This document shows positions 24,673 to 35,160 of a stretch of DNA of 64,000 bases, in pieces (within the stretch, counting starts at the first letter, position 1; every line of letters starts with the position of its first letter). Origin of the DNA: Setoptus koraiensis (Eukaryota; Animalia; Arthropoda); NCBI GenBank assembly GCA_048013815.1, contig CM106585.1, positions 11,346,001 through 11,410,000 of the forward strand, read 5' to 3'. The translations under genes were made by a program, and so were the position numbers. The notes under the pieces were generated by a model. That model was not told where the DNA came from and did no database searches. It was given only the letters and a program-made list of their open reading frames with translations.

Positions 24673-25817
24673 TCAGTAAAATTGAACTCTTCTTATGCTG
24701 ATATTTCTCAATTTATCATTAATTAGGCAGTCGTAATCAATGAAATGCAAGAGACTCCCTGCAATGAAATTGTAATTGAGTTAATTATTAGTATGTAACA
24801 TATTAAACGTTATCACTAGAGACTAAAAGTCATAAGTCACACTGTACACTTACCCCAATTGAGGTGCTGGCGACAATCTGAATGATAGAATTTGACCTGT
24901 AACGGTAACACAAGAGTTTGGCCATCCTCAAACCTTAGCGTCATTTGCACCTCAGTTCTGTCCTTGTTCTTGTTCGCATCAAACCTGCTTGCCGACCAAT
25001 CGAAAGCGTATATCAATTGGTCGGTGTTGTGTGTCGACAAAGGAGCATTTTGGAAATATTGAGCCACATTTGTCTGCGAGGTTTTGCTTTCATTTTGCTG
25101 GTCATCACTAGTTGCTGATTGTGTACATTCGTAAAAACTGATATCACTACCCTGGATGGAGATACTTCTCAATGAAATTGATGGTTTGATTTTAAGTCGG
25201 CATTTGTAGGAACAATCAACCGAAAGTTTCAGAGTGAACTCATGGCCAAACCGTTGACCGTCTCTCTTGAAGTATATGGATTCGTCGCACCTTTCCTTGG
25301 ACAAAGATGGACTGTTGTTGCCGGAAGATATTAAATTACCACTATTGACAGCACTGGTGCTGGTTCGAACACTACTCGTTCTTTTAAAGCTACCGTAGCT
25401 AGAGCTTCGGGACGATGAGTGGTTGAAGCGCTTCTCGGTGGCACAAAATTCTTCTCGTTTGTCGTAGTAATCACTTGTCGTTGTTGTTGTCGTTGTCGTG
25501 TAACTGTCTAAATTGACGCCAATTGTTGTGCTCGGTCTTAGCCTGTGCGCTCTCTTGAATTCTAGCTGGCTATATCCGGCTTGGTGCACTTGATTTGCGT
25601 TACCTGCAAGAGGTTCTGCAGGCTGATGGCAATCCCTTAATAATTGCACTCGCAAACAGTCCTCGTGGTTGTTGTTGTTAGATTTTTCACATATTGACGC
25701 CGAGGCTGATTTTACCAGTGGATACTCCCGTTTTCTGTAAGCAGGCAACGGTGGGCTAAGTGAGATGCTTGAGGGAGCCTCTTTAGCAGTTGCTATTTGA
25801 AACTGTACTCTCATCAT
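24673..25817 (-). CDS. CNRIP1: CB1 cannabinoid receptor-interacting protein 1 homolog (CNRIP1/CRIP1a) with a long Ser/Thr-rich N-terminal extension; exons 25817-24854 and 24758-24673
   Basis: YFKRDGQRFG..TLKL..YKCRLKIKP and QVKFY..HLNWG resemble CRIP1a (FYKVDGQRFG..TIKL..YKVEVKIKP; QVKFY..HCQWG). The TGGG|GTAAGT donor and ttgcag| acceptor add GSLLHFIDYDC...QFY*. The first ATG is at 25817; an upstream exon is not excluded. Confidence 0.85.
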
Positions 25818-27641
25818 AACTGTTTTCTTGCCGTCGCACTTGGCGAGCCTTCTCTCCCGCACTTCAGTGAGAATATTGTCAAATAACTATTGTTGCTGTC
25901 CAGACAATTGTCTAACATGACCGTCTTCATTATAGCGACACTGTCGCGACAAGTTGCAAATTGTTTCATTTCAATCAGTTGCTTCAATTCAAAACTCGAA
26001 CGACGTCTCTTGCAGTTTTGAGCTTGGTAGTAAGTGCTGACAGACATAGTAATTAATCCATTTGAACTGTGTGTGTTTGTGTGTATCTTAGCACTCACTT
26101 ATGTGAAAATGATTTGTGGTAAGTGATAGGATAAAATCATCATTTTTGATATAGTTAGTCGATCCGAACTTGTTTATTTCACTCAATTCTCGAGCCATCA
26201 TTCGAGTTACCATGCAATCTGCTATGCGCTAATTATTCTTCTAAATCGATAAATTTCAGTCTTCTTCCCAATGAATGGTATTGTAGCTCATAGACTCTGG
26301 CAAAGACTCAGCTACGCAAAATGTGTTTGCAAGTATGTTTGTAAATAGCTACTGGGCCAATGTAAATAGGCTGGCTCTCATGTGGCAAGAGACTAGGCAC
26401 AAAAATAAATGGAATTGTTACACAATGTTAATTGAAGACGAAGACGAGTGAGGCTTCGACTCAAACGGAGTCACATCTAAAAGGTATCTCATGATGTCTG
26501 TCACACACAAATTTGTTTTCATACAGATACTATGACGAGAAGTTGGCTATCATTAGTGACATAACTAAATATGTGTACGTTCAGTAAATATAACGCTAAT
26601 TTCGCGCTAATAGAGATCAATTTATCAATACTTGGCCTCGTACACAACTGACTGTGGCATACAATTAGCAACTGACAAATCTTCATTCAAAAACAAGATA
26701 TTTATTATTTATAGTGGAGCGAACTACTGTTATCTCCTCATAATTCAATCACATTGGAGCTTCTCAGTGAACTCCAAACTCTCAAAGAAAATCTTGCGAA
26801 AGCTTCAGTGTGATCTCACAAGAGTTCCTTTGGTTTACAGTCTATGACGTACTTAACGTCTCTCGAGGCTTGCCATTTCTTCTCGTATCGCACATAGTCG
26901 GCAATAGGCAATTGGTGAAAATAGGGATGCGATATATCCGCATGAATTCAGGCCAATAATAACGACAAGTACTGCATTAGTGCAGCATGCACTAGCGATG
27001 TTCCAATCAAGAGCTAAAGTGTAAAGAACTTTTTTTTTGCTACAATGGTGTCGGTTGGCATATCTCATCGACAATAATCGAGTGATTCGTCGCTAGAAAC
27101 TATGTGGAGACTCTTCCTCAAAATACAATAAATGTTTCCCTTCTGCATAGTCAAACTGACCCGGATTGCTGCTGGGAGTGATCACCTTTTTTGTCGCTCC
27201 ATGTATATACATCGATGAATTGATTTACGGGGCGGCTATCATCGTCGGAATAATGCTATCTAATGCTCGGATTTGATTTAAATAATTGCAATGTGATGTC
27301 GACAGAAATTGTCAAACAAAATCATCCAACTGCAACTGGATCAATCTCATTCTATTCTGTCGATCTCATCTCATGTCCTCGGTCTGGTCACCTCCAAGTT
27401 TCAACACTTTTATCTGGGTTGTATCTACTGGCTCATTCAAGTTTTGTGTGTCACTCGGAACTCATCATGTCCAAGGGGAACAACAAAATATCGCAACACC
27501 TTTACAATGATGATAATGACTTTTTTCCACTTCATACTCTCTGTATGAAGAATAACAATTTTTGAAATGCTGCGTGATTGGGAATTAATTCTTTAACTAC
27601 ATTTGAAATATTCTATGGTTTTCACGCTGCCCATCTACTCG

Positions 27642-27649
27642 TATATAAA
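27642..27649 (+). promoter_or_regulatory. TATA box upstream of the serpin gene
   Basis: TATATAAAG about 100 nt upstream of the ATG at 27746. Confidence 0.45.
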
Positions 27650-27745
27650 GAGCTGTCTCTTTCGTTGAGAGGCCACATATTGGAGATCCTTTTGTTTGGT
27701 TTTGTCTATTTTCAAGCATAGTCACAACTTTTGTCGATTGACAAC

Positions 27746-30019
27746 ATGGCTAGTTTTAACGCGCATTCGGTCGTTATCATCAGCTATTTATTGATTTCAA
27801 TTGTACAATTGCATAATTGTGTAGTAATTTGTACTGCAAACTCCAATCAATCAACAAGTCAATCAAGTCTGATCACAGCCTCAAAACATGATACATTCAA
27901 TGCGCAAGATGTCAGTGAACAAACTTTAGATGATTCTCATGCCAGAAATGGCCAGCAACTTGCCTCAGCACCCTATCAACTCGACAGTCATGCAAATTTC
28001 GTGTCACCAGATGGACAACTCATAGCCTCTGTGCCGGCCAGTATGCTTCAGGAGATGGCCTCCGGTTCAAATGATGACCCTGTAAGACAACCGTCGGAAA
28101 GTTTCAATCTCAGAGAGATGCTCGATCAATTTTCTTCCAACATAAGACAGAATGTAACTTTTGCACCATCGTCTTCAAATGGCCCACCTCCCACTGTTGT
28201 TGAATCTTCCCAGAATGTTATGGTTATAGACGGTGAAAATGTTCTGAGCACGTTGGCCAATAATCATCGACTCAAACCGCAACCAATTAGAAACAAGGCG
28301 GCAACAGTGATCAATCTGATGCCTATGGTTCCAACTAGAAGCTCAATAATTGAGGTAGCGGCGGAAAATTTCACAATGCGCAAGATAAGCGAACAAGCAA
28401 ACATATTTTCCATGAGACTTCTCAGTCAAATAGACCAAGAGCAATTGTACGCGAACAATTTAATTGTGGCCCCATTTGCTGTCTACCAGGGTTTGGCATT
28501 GTTGTTGTCGGGTGCTCAAGGCGAAACTGCTCAACAACTCGATCAGCTTTTATTAGGCAGCGAGTCCACGTACACCGAGCTGGCTAAACAATCGTCGTCT
28601 TTGAATCAAGATAGGCCACGTCTTATGGTTTCCTTGAATGAGATTATTAAAAATTTGAGACAAAATTCAACAAGAAACAGTAACTATGGCCTATCTGTAC
28701 AACAAAACACCCAATTACTCAAGCCACTAATAACAGCCAACCATCTTCTCATTTCGCCTTCTACCGAGATATCAAATGAGTTCAAGCATATAGTTGAAAA
28801 TTACTACGACGAGGTACCATTGACGAAAATGGAAATTGGCAGTTTAGAGTCGGTGCTCAATGTCAATAATTGGATCAGATCTGTCACCAATGGTATCATA
28901 CCGAACATTTTGAATAGGAAGACAACGTTTGATGAATTCAATGTGATGACTCTATTAAGCACTGCGTGGATGCAACAGGAATGGTTGGACAACTTTCAAA
29001 GAGTTACATCACAAACTAAACAGTTTGTGCGCTTGAAATCCGGTAGAGGTGTTATAGCCACTACCGGCCAACCGCAACAGCAATCTAGTTCGCAGCAACC
29101 TGTCAAGGCACCAATTCTTATGGAATTCGTCGATGATAATAGACAATCGCATTTTGTCGAGTACATAGTATCGCAACCAAGCAAGAATATTAAGCGATTC
29201 AAAGTAGAGGTGGCATCAACGCTGAAGGTTGACGTCGTTGAGGTTCCCTTCAAGTATAGCGATTACAAGATGGTGGTTCTTATGCCACAACAGCTCAACA
29301 ATCTGCCAATCATCACCAATAATGTTGAGGGAGCCCAATCGACAAATCAGGCTTCGTCGGCCACATCTAACAGTGTTGCAAATGGAGGCTTAACTAAACT
29401 GATACAGTTACTTGCCAATAATCCAAGGGATTCTCTCAGAGACATTTTCAATTTGATTGATCCAGATATGCTCACCAAATCCATTTATGACAGTCAGCAA
29501 TCGTCGAGAAAATCTAATTTTTCCAATTTCGTTGTTAGAGACGACGAATTGGATGACAGCGATGCCGATTCAAACGATTATGCCAGGGTGCCTAGTGGAA
29601 TAAAACTCTCCATGCCACTGCTCAAAACAGAGGCCGACTTAACTCTATCGGCATCACTCAATAAGCTAGGTATTACCAGTGCACTCGATCCATATCAAGC
29701 AAATTTTATAGGCATTAATGGTCATCCATTCAACTACTACAAGCTGCATTTGAGCAAGGTGCTGTTCAAATCGAATATGAATATAGATGAGCGAGGCATA
29801 AACTATGATAAAACCATTCAAACACTCGAGGCTCTGCGATTAGCGGCCCAAATGGACCGGAATCGTATAGCCTCTTCACTGGAGCCGGCCGGCGGTTTAA
29901 ATCTGCCCAATATCGAAGAGTTCAGCCTGAACAGACCCTACATGTATTTGATCCGCGACTACAAAACAAAATTGATATGGTTCGTGGGCACCGTCAGAGA
30001 TCCATCACTCGGGATGTAA
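27746..30019 (+). CDS. Large secreted serpin-fold protein, probably non-inhibitory (757 aa), intronless
   Basis: Signal peptide after the first ATG (27746). Serpin motifs: NLIVAPFAVYQGLALLLSGAQGETAQQL, VNNWIRSVTNGII, VVEVPFKY, FSLNRPYMYLIRD..LIWFVGTVRDP. The hinge reads ERGINYDK instead of EEGTEAAA. Confidence 0.88.
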   Translation: MASFNAHSVVIISYLLISIVQLHNCVVICTANSNQSTSQSSLITASKHDTFNAQDVSEQTLDDSHARNGQQLASAPYQLDSHANFVSPDGQLIASVPASMLQEMASGSNDDPVRQPSESFNLREMLDQFSSNIRQNVTFAPSSSNGPPPTVVESSQNVMVIDGENVLSTLANNHRLKPQPIRNKAATVINLMPMVPTRSSIIEVAAENFTMRKISEQANIFSMRLLSQIDQEQLYANNLIVAPFAVYQGLALLLSGAQGETAQQLDQLLLGSESTYTELAKQSSSLNQDRPRLMVSLNEIIKNLRQNSTRNSNYGLSVQQNTQLLKPLITANHLLISPSTEISNEFKHIVENYYDEVPLTKMEIGSLESVLNVNNWIRSVTNGIIPNILNRKTTFDEFNVMTLLSTAWMQQEWLDNFQRVTSQTKQFVRLKSGRGVIATTGQPQQQSSSQQPVKAPILMEFVDDNRQSHFVEYIVSQPSKNIKRFKVEVASTLKVDVVEVPFKYSDYKMVVLMPQQLNNLPIITNNVEGAQSTNQASSATSNSVANGGLTKLIQLLANNPRDSLRDIFNLIDPDMLTKSIYDSQQSSRKSNFSNFVVRDDELDDSDADSNDYARVPSGIKLSMPLLKTEADLTLSASLNKLGITSALDPYQANFIGINGHPFNYYKLHLSKVLFKSNMNIDERGINYDKTIQTLEALRLAAQMDRNRIASSLEPAGGLNLPNIEEFSLNRPYMYLIRDYKTKLIWFVGTVRDPSLGM

Positions 30020-30444
30020 AAGTTTATCAGTTATTTATTTATAACCATTAGAAAATTAAGCACCAATCAAAGCTAGATAGCTAAATCAACAATAAAAGAC
30101 CCAATAGACTATCGACCGTAAATTATTTTCAACCTACTTTACCGGAATTAATTCATGATGTTATGTAACATCTCATTTGCAACAACATTTCAACGACATT
30201 CAAATGTTGTTGCTGCAGAAACGCGCCAAAATTTCGAATTTTCTTTTGCGCAACTTATACAGCTGTTGGCAATTAAACCATTTTGAATGAACTTCAATAT
30301 GGAATCATCATCATATTTTTTTGATTATTATCAGGCCGAGACGTTTCTAGTTGATAGAACAATCTCAGATTAAATTGCACAGTTAATCATCAGCAATAAT
30401 AGTTATCAGGGCAACTGGATAAATCATAAATTCAGCCATCATCT

Positions 30445-31011
30445 ATGACATTGTTGGACGACGCCAAGCTCTTGTTCGGATCATCCAATCTCTACGATGT
30501 CTTAGGTGTCAAGAGCGATGCCAATAGTGAGGAAATTAAGAGAGCTTACCATTTATTGTCATTGAGGGTTCATCCTGATCGAATCAAAGGACAACATGAC
30601 AAGAAGGACTACACAACAAAATTCCAACTTCTAACTCAAATATATCTTATACTCAGTGACAATGATAGACGTCTTGCCTACGACGATCACAATTATGGTA
30701 GCGCCTTTAATCTGAGTAGTGGAGCCACTCATGAATCGGAAAAAGAATCAGAGTATTACAGATTCAAGAAGAATAAATTCAAGGCTGAAGACTCTATTTT
30801 TCAGGAAGAGATGCCGTTATCGTTACTAGATTACAATCAATCAACGAATCTATACACTTACGAGTGTAGATGTTCGGGGAATTTCAGCATACAGAGCGAG
30901 ACTATCAATAGCTTACTGGCATCATCAGACAAGAGGACAGATTCAGACAATGATATTTTTGTAATTGTAGACTGCGAATCTTGTTCTTTAAGGCTGAAAG
31001 TTTGTGTATGA
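30445..31011 (+). CDS. J-domain (HPD) protein with a C-terminal CSL zinc finger; DPH4/DNAJC24 architecture with a DNAJC9-like J-domain
   Basis: HPD motif (SLRVHPDR). C-terminal YTYECRCSGNFSI...VDCESCSLRLKV is a zf-CSL pattern. The N-terminus MTLLD....FG...LYDVLGV is DNAJC9-like. Confidence 0.85.
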   Translation: MTLLDDAKLLFGSSNLYDVLGVKSDANSEEIKRAYHLLSLRVHPDRIKGQHDKKDYTTKFQLLTQIYLILSDNDRRLAYDDHNYGSAFNLSSGATHESEKESEYYRFKKNKFKAEDSIFQEEMPLSLLDYNQSTNLYTYECRCSGNFSIQSETINSLLASSDKRTDSDNDIFVIVDCESCSLRLKVCV

Positions 31012-31225
31012 AAGCGACACTATTGTTTGCTCGATCGACCAATTTTTATTGTGCATAAAACTTTATGCAATACCTCTTGTCAGTGATAGATCAATGATTG
31101 ATAATAAGAATGAGGACCAATTAACATGTAGGGACGAGAATAATCCTGTCACTGAACTACATTAGAATAATTACTTCCTGTCAATATTTTCGATCAAAAG
31201 AATTTTGTCACCAATTGCCAGTTTA

Positions 31226-31766
31226 CTATGACCAATATTGGTTGTCACAGTTGAGTTCATTGATTGTAATAGGTGACTCTTTGTTCCATGGCTGATGAAA
31301 CAATGTTGTTTGACATTTGTGCGCCTTCTAATGTTTGGAAAAACAAGAACAAGATCATCAAATTATTAGTTAAATGATTAGTCAAGCAATGAAGATTGGA
31401 TGTTTCAGTCATTGGTCAACTTACTTTTGATCTGTCATGTTCGCACTTGTCAAATTCGGATCTCGACAAATATATCGCTTCCCTCTTGCATTTCGTATGC
31501 AGGAAATCGAAATCGATAACGTATTTCATACCTGCAACAACCTGTTGTCTAGCTTCTCTTACTTTGCCCAATCTCATATGATGGGTCAGGCCTGGATGTT
31601 CCTGCTTGTTGTAGACATAGATGGCTTCATTCAAGACTTTCAGCATTCGCTCATCATTTGGTTCGATATTGCTAACACCGCCGGGAACTTGACCGTTTAT
31701 TGTTTTAACAATCAGAATGGTTGCGACGATTGTAAAAAGCAAAGATATTGCTAATCGGAAGGACAT
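31226..31766 (-). CDS. Secreted type-2 cystatin (147 aa); exons 31766-31425 and 31327-31226
   Basis: Signal peptide, N-terminal VPGG and QVVAG. The TCAAAA|GTAAGT donor and cattag| acceptor add KAHKCQTTLFHQPWNK...NCDNQYWS*, supplying the PW loop and second disulfide. Confidence 0.9.
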
Positions 31767-33523
31767 TTTGAAGTGTTTTTCTTGAAAATTGATTGATTTT
31801 GTCTTATATTATGAATTGCAACGGATACATGAACAATGATGCTTAGATTCTCAATGTATTATGAGATAATTGACACAAAGTAAAGAATTCTACGTCGCGG
31901 TCAAAAAGTTGCGCATGCAATCGAGAAGTATAGTGAGACTTGTTTACACGATGTATCTAATTGTTGTTTATCCGCATTCCATATCTATCTACTTTCCGTA
32001 TCGGCAAATCTTGTTTATTACTTTCGAAATGTCATACCATACACTCGCCCCCACCGTAGCAATCACAAGCCATTGCCAATCTGATAGATAATTAATCACT
32101 TGAATAGTAGATTTCATCGGATATGTCTGATATGGTGTTTAGCAGTATGACATATCGTTTTTTTTTTTGCTGCAGAGACATTGTAGAATGATATCTCAAT
32201 AATAACTAACCAGTTCTCACAAAGAAGTTAAACAAGTTTCGACAGCATAATTAATGTCTTTAAGAGTGGCTTTCATTGTAGAAGTACACGAATAATAGCG
32301 ATATCAATTAAATCCTATGAATTAACACAGCAGTCTATTGAAGCGAAACCTAGCTAATCACTTGACGTGTCATTATTGAATTGAAAGGAACTGAGCTGAC
32401 TATAGTGCTTTCTTTTCTCTGTATCCATTTCCAACTTCATGTTATTGTTGGATGGCAAGTACCTGTGGCAATCACAAGGTTGCCAATCGACGTAAACAAC
32501 ATGTATGATACAATGATTACATTTGGAAATCAAAATGACAAACATTCGAAGCAAATTGATGAATATATTCGATATGTTACATGTATTAGCTAAAGGCGCC
32601 ACGAAGCTTCTTCGACACAGACTACCGAGCCCTTATGTCGAGATTCCATTCCTGCCCATAATATTTTATCCTAAATTCCACAATATCTTATTTCCAGCAC
32701 ACGGCTCGAAATTTAGATTGATCTGAGCGTAATTTCGCAAGTGTTTACCCTTTCTGGTTTGGATTCAACATTGTCTAGTTGTGGACAGCTGAAATAAATA
32801 TGAAACATCTGGACATCTCACCTATTTATCACGGAAGTTTGAACAGATTCTCATTTGCATTTTGTCTGTTTTCTATCCATAGCATTCTTTTTGATACAAA
32901 AAGTATTTTGTTCAAAGAAACCGAGGTCAAATCAGTGAGCTATCTTCGATTTGGACATGTTCCACAGGCAAGTTGGAGACTATCTCCACAACCTCTTCCT
33001 GCTGCCCATTGGTGTCAAGCACCGCGAGGTAGAGCACCTTCAAATATCCTGGAACCGAATCGAAACTTGGCAATATCACTGCATTCACCTCATTCGTGCA
33101 CGGAAATAAGTATGAATAGATATTAAGTCATGACATTGATAACTATCGGGAAACGAGGAACGAAGCTATAGGTTTTATTCGCATGTTAAGATTTCTAAGC
33201 CTGTTTTCTCTTGCTCTAAAAAAGACAAAAGATTGGATAACAGGTAAAGCTTTGGGAGCTTGGTTTCATAATTGAAAGAGGCGCAATAACTTCGCATACA
33301 ATCAACTAGATAGCAGATAATCAAGCTCGACTGATAAATACCTATTCTTGATTTGATCATTCTTTAACGCAGCATGCAACACCGGAAGTGGCACCAGGGC
33401 TAAAGCCTTGAGACGTTTAGCTGGTTGCCATGGCTGCCGATATTTGAGTAAAAAGAAAGGTTGACTGCTGGTTGAAAAAATCTGTTCTCTGCACGAAGAC
33501 AACGATAATACTGTCGAGAATGT

Positions 33524-33531
33524 TATATAAA
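33524..33531 (+). promoter_or_regulatory. TATA box for the His/Lys-rich protein gene
   Basis: TATATAAA followed about 30 nt later by an Inr-like TCACTT, about 220 nt before the ATG at 33751. Confidence 0.4.
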
Positions 33532-33750
33532 GATCTGCGTCGCTCAGATCTCGATTTATCACTTGTAAGATGGGGTGAGAGTGATAGTTTTCCTGTAATA
33601 TTTATTATTTACGAGTGGAGCAATCTGTCTCTAGCAGCCAAATATTGCAAACGTGTTAATAAGTCAACTGCCTGTGTCCAAAACTCCAACCAACTAAGGT
33701 GAAGCGTAGTGAAAGTTTCCCTCAATGTAGTAAGAAAACATCATTCCGCC

Positions 33751-34806
33751 ATGACATCCATCAGCAATCTCTTTATTCTGAGTTCGGTGACTAGATCCTT
33801 AATTATTACAGTATTATTAGAGTTTTGCCTGTTAGGAACATTGAGGTGCTCGATCACTACCTTAGCTAATATCACTATAGCGACAAAAGCCTCTTCTCTC
33901 AGTGACATCACAATCGACAATCAAATCAGCACTGTGACATTGCCAAATGATGAGGCCAATCAAACGTCGACTGCGAAAGCTCTGTCTAATAGAACAACTG
34001 AAACAGAGAACAAAAGCGAAACTAAGTTATTGAAGGATTCTAAGATCGAAGCAATTAAGCAAACTGTTTCGGCTGAACACTCCGATACCAGGAACACGAA
34101 TGTTACCTCAAGTTCAAACGTAATTGAAGAGTCGTCAACACCACTTGACACATCGGCCACATTTCACCTATTGTCTCGGCCAGTTGTAATCATATACCAC
34201 GGACATCATGATAAAAAGAAGAAAGGTTATCATGGTAAGGATTTCAATAATTTTTATCATGTTAAGAAGAATGGCGAAAAAGCAAAAAAGAAATATAGTT
34301 TGGAAATGACTAAAGTAAAAAAGTATCACCATGGTCATGGTAAGCACGATAAGTCATCGTACTATGATAGTTACGAATGGGCCGTTGTGAAACACCACAG
34401 CGGTGGACATCACCATAGTAAAAAAAATAAACACTATGTGAAGGAATACCATTATAGTTATTCAGATAAACATAAGCCACATTACAAAAAGAAATACTAC
34501 CACAGTAAAGATGATCATCATGATGATCACGATGATTATGATGATCATGATCATTATAGTCATGGACACAAAAAACACAAACATGATGGTGACCACTATC
34601 ACCATGACAAGTATCATCACCATGATAAACATGGCAAGAAAACTTATGTGAAGATTCTGAGACCAAAAAAGAAGAAGGTCGTGTACCCTAAAGTGATAGT
34701 AATCAAAAGTCATAAGCCTAAACATAAAGACCACAAAAAGAAACACCATCACAAACATGATGATACAGATTGTTCCAGCGATGATGAGAAAGATTCGAAA
34801 TATTAA
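33751..34806 (+). CDS. Secreted or membrane-targeted His/Lys/Tyr-rich low-complexity protein with a Ser/Thr-rich stalk (351 aa)
   Basis: First ATG at 33751 (the track start is GTG). Hydrophobic leader (LIITVLLEFCLLGTLRC), an S/T/E-rich segment, then about 190 aa dominated by H, K, Y and D (HHDDHDDYDDHDHY, HKKKHHHKH). Confidence 0.8.
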   Translation: MTSISNLFILSSVTRSLIITVLLEFCLLGTLRCSITTLANITIATKASSLSDITIDNQISTVTLPNDEANQTSTAKALSNRTTETENKSETKLLKDSKIEAIKQTVSAEHSDTRNTNVTSSSNVIEESSTPLDTSATFHLLSRPVVIIYHGHHDKKKKGYHGKDFNNFYHVKKNGEKAKKKYSLEMTKVKKYHHGHGKHDKSSYYDSYEWAVVKHHSGGHHHSKKNKHYVKEYHYSYSDKHKPHYKKKYYHSKDDHHDDHDDYDDHDHYSHGHKKHKHDGDHYHHDKYHHHDKHGKKTYVKILRPKKKKVVYPKVIVIKSHKPKHKDHKKKHHHKHDDTDCSSDDEKDSKY

Positions 34807-35160
34807 GGCAGTATGATGTAATTGTAGCCTCAACTGTAACATTTAAATTTAGACTTCGCACTCTGAATAGGAAGTGCAGTTGTTCTCGCTATGATTTAAT
34901 CAATTTATGGATTAATAAAGATCAAAGTAATTTAAGTATTTTGTATTGTTGCTCCTACGGGCTAACAGAATGACACGAAACATAGAAATCTCAATTTAAT
35001 ATGTCATCTGATCACACTGAAGTTTGCTTGATTATCAGTGAGACACAGATGGCGTTCTTTTTTTTTTCTCATTTGATATGCTTAAGAGGGTATCTACCTG
35101 ACAAACAACCTCACCATTTTATGTAGTTTCTAGGTAGATAACTTATGCTTTTTACACCTA

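Noticed and set aside
26155-26175. GATCCGAACTTGT resembling part of miR-100
   Set aside because: The seed and 5' half do not match, and there is no supporting hairpin.
33788-33799. TGACTAGATCC matching the miR-279 5' end
   Set aside because: It lies inside a coding region, the match is only 11 nt, and there is no hairpin.
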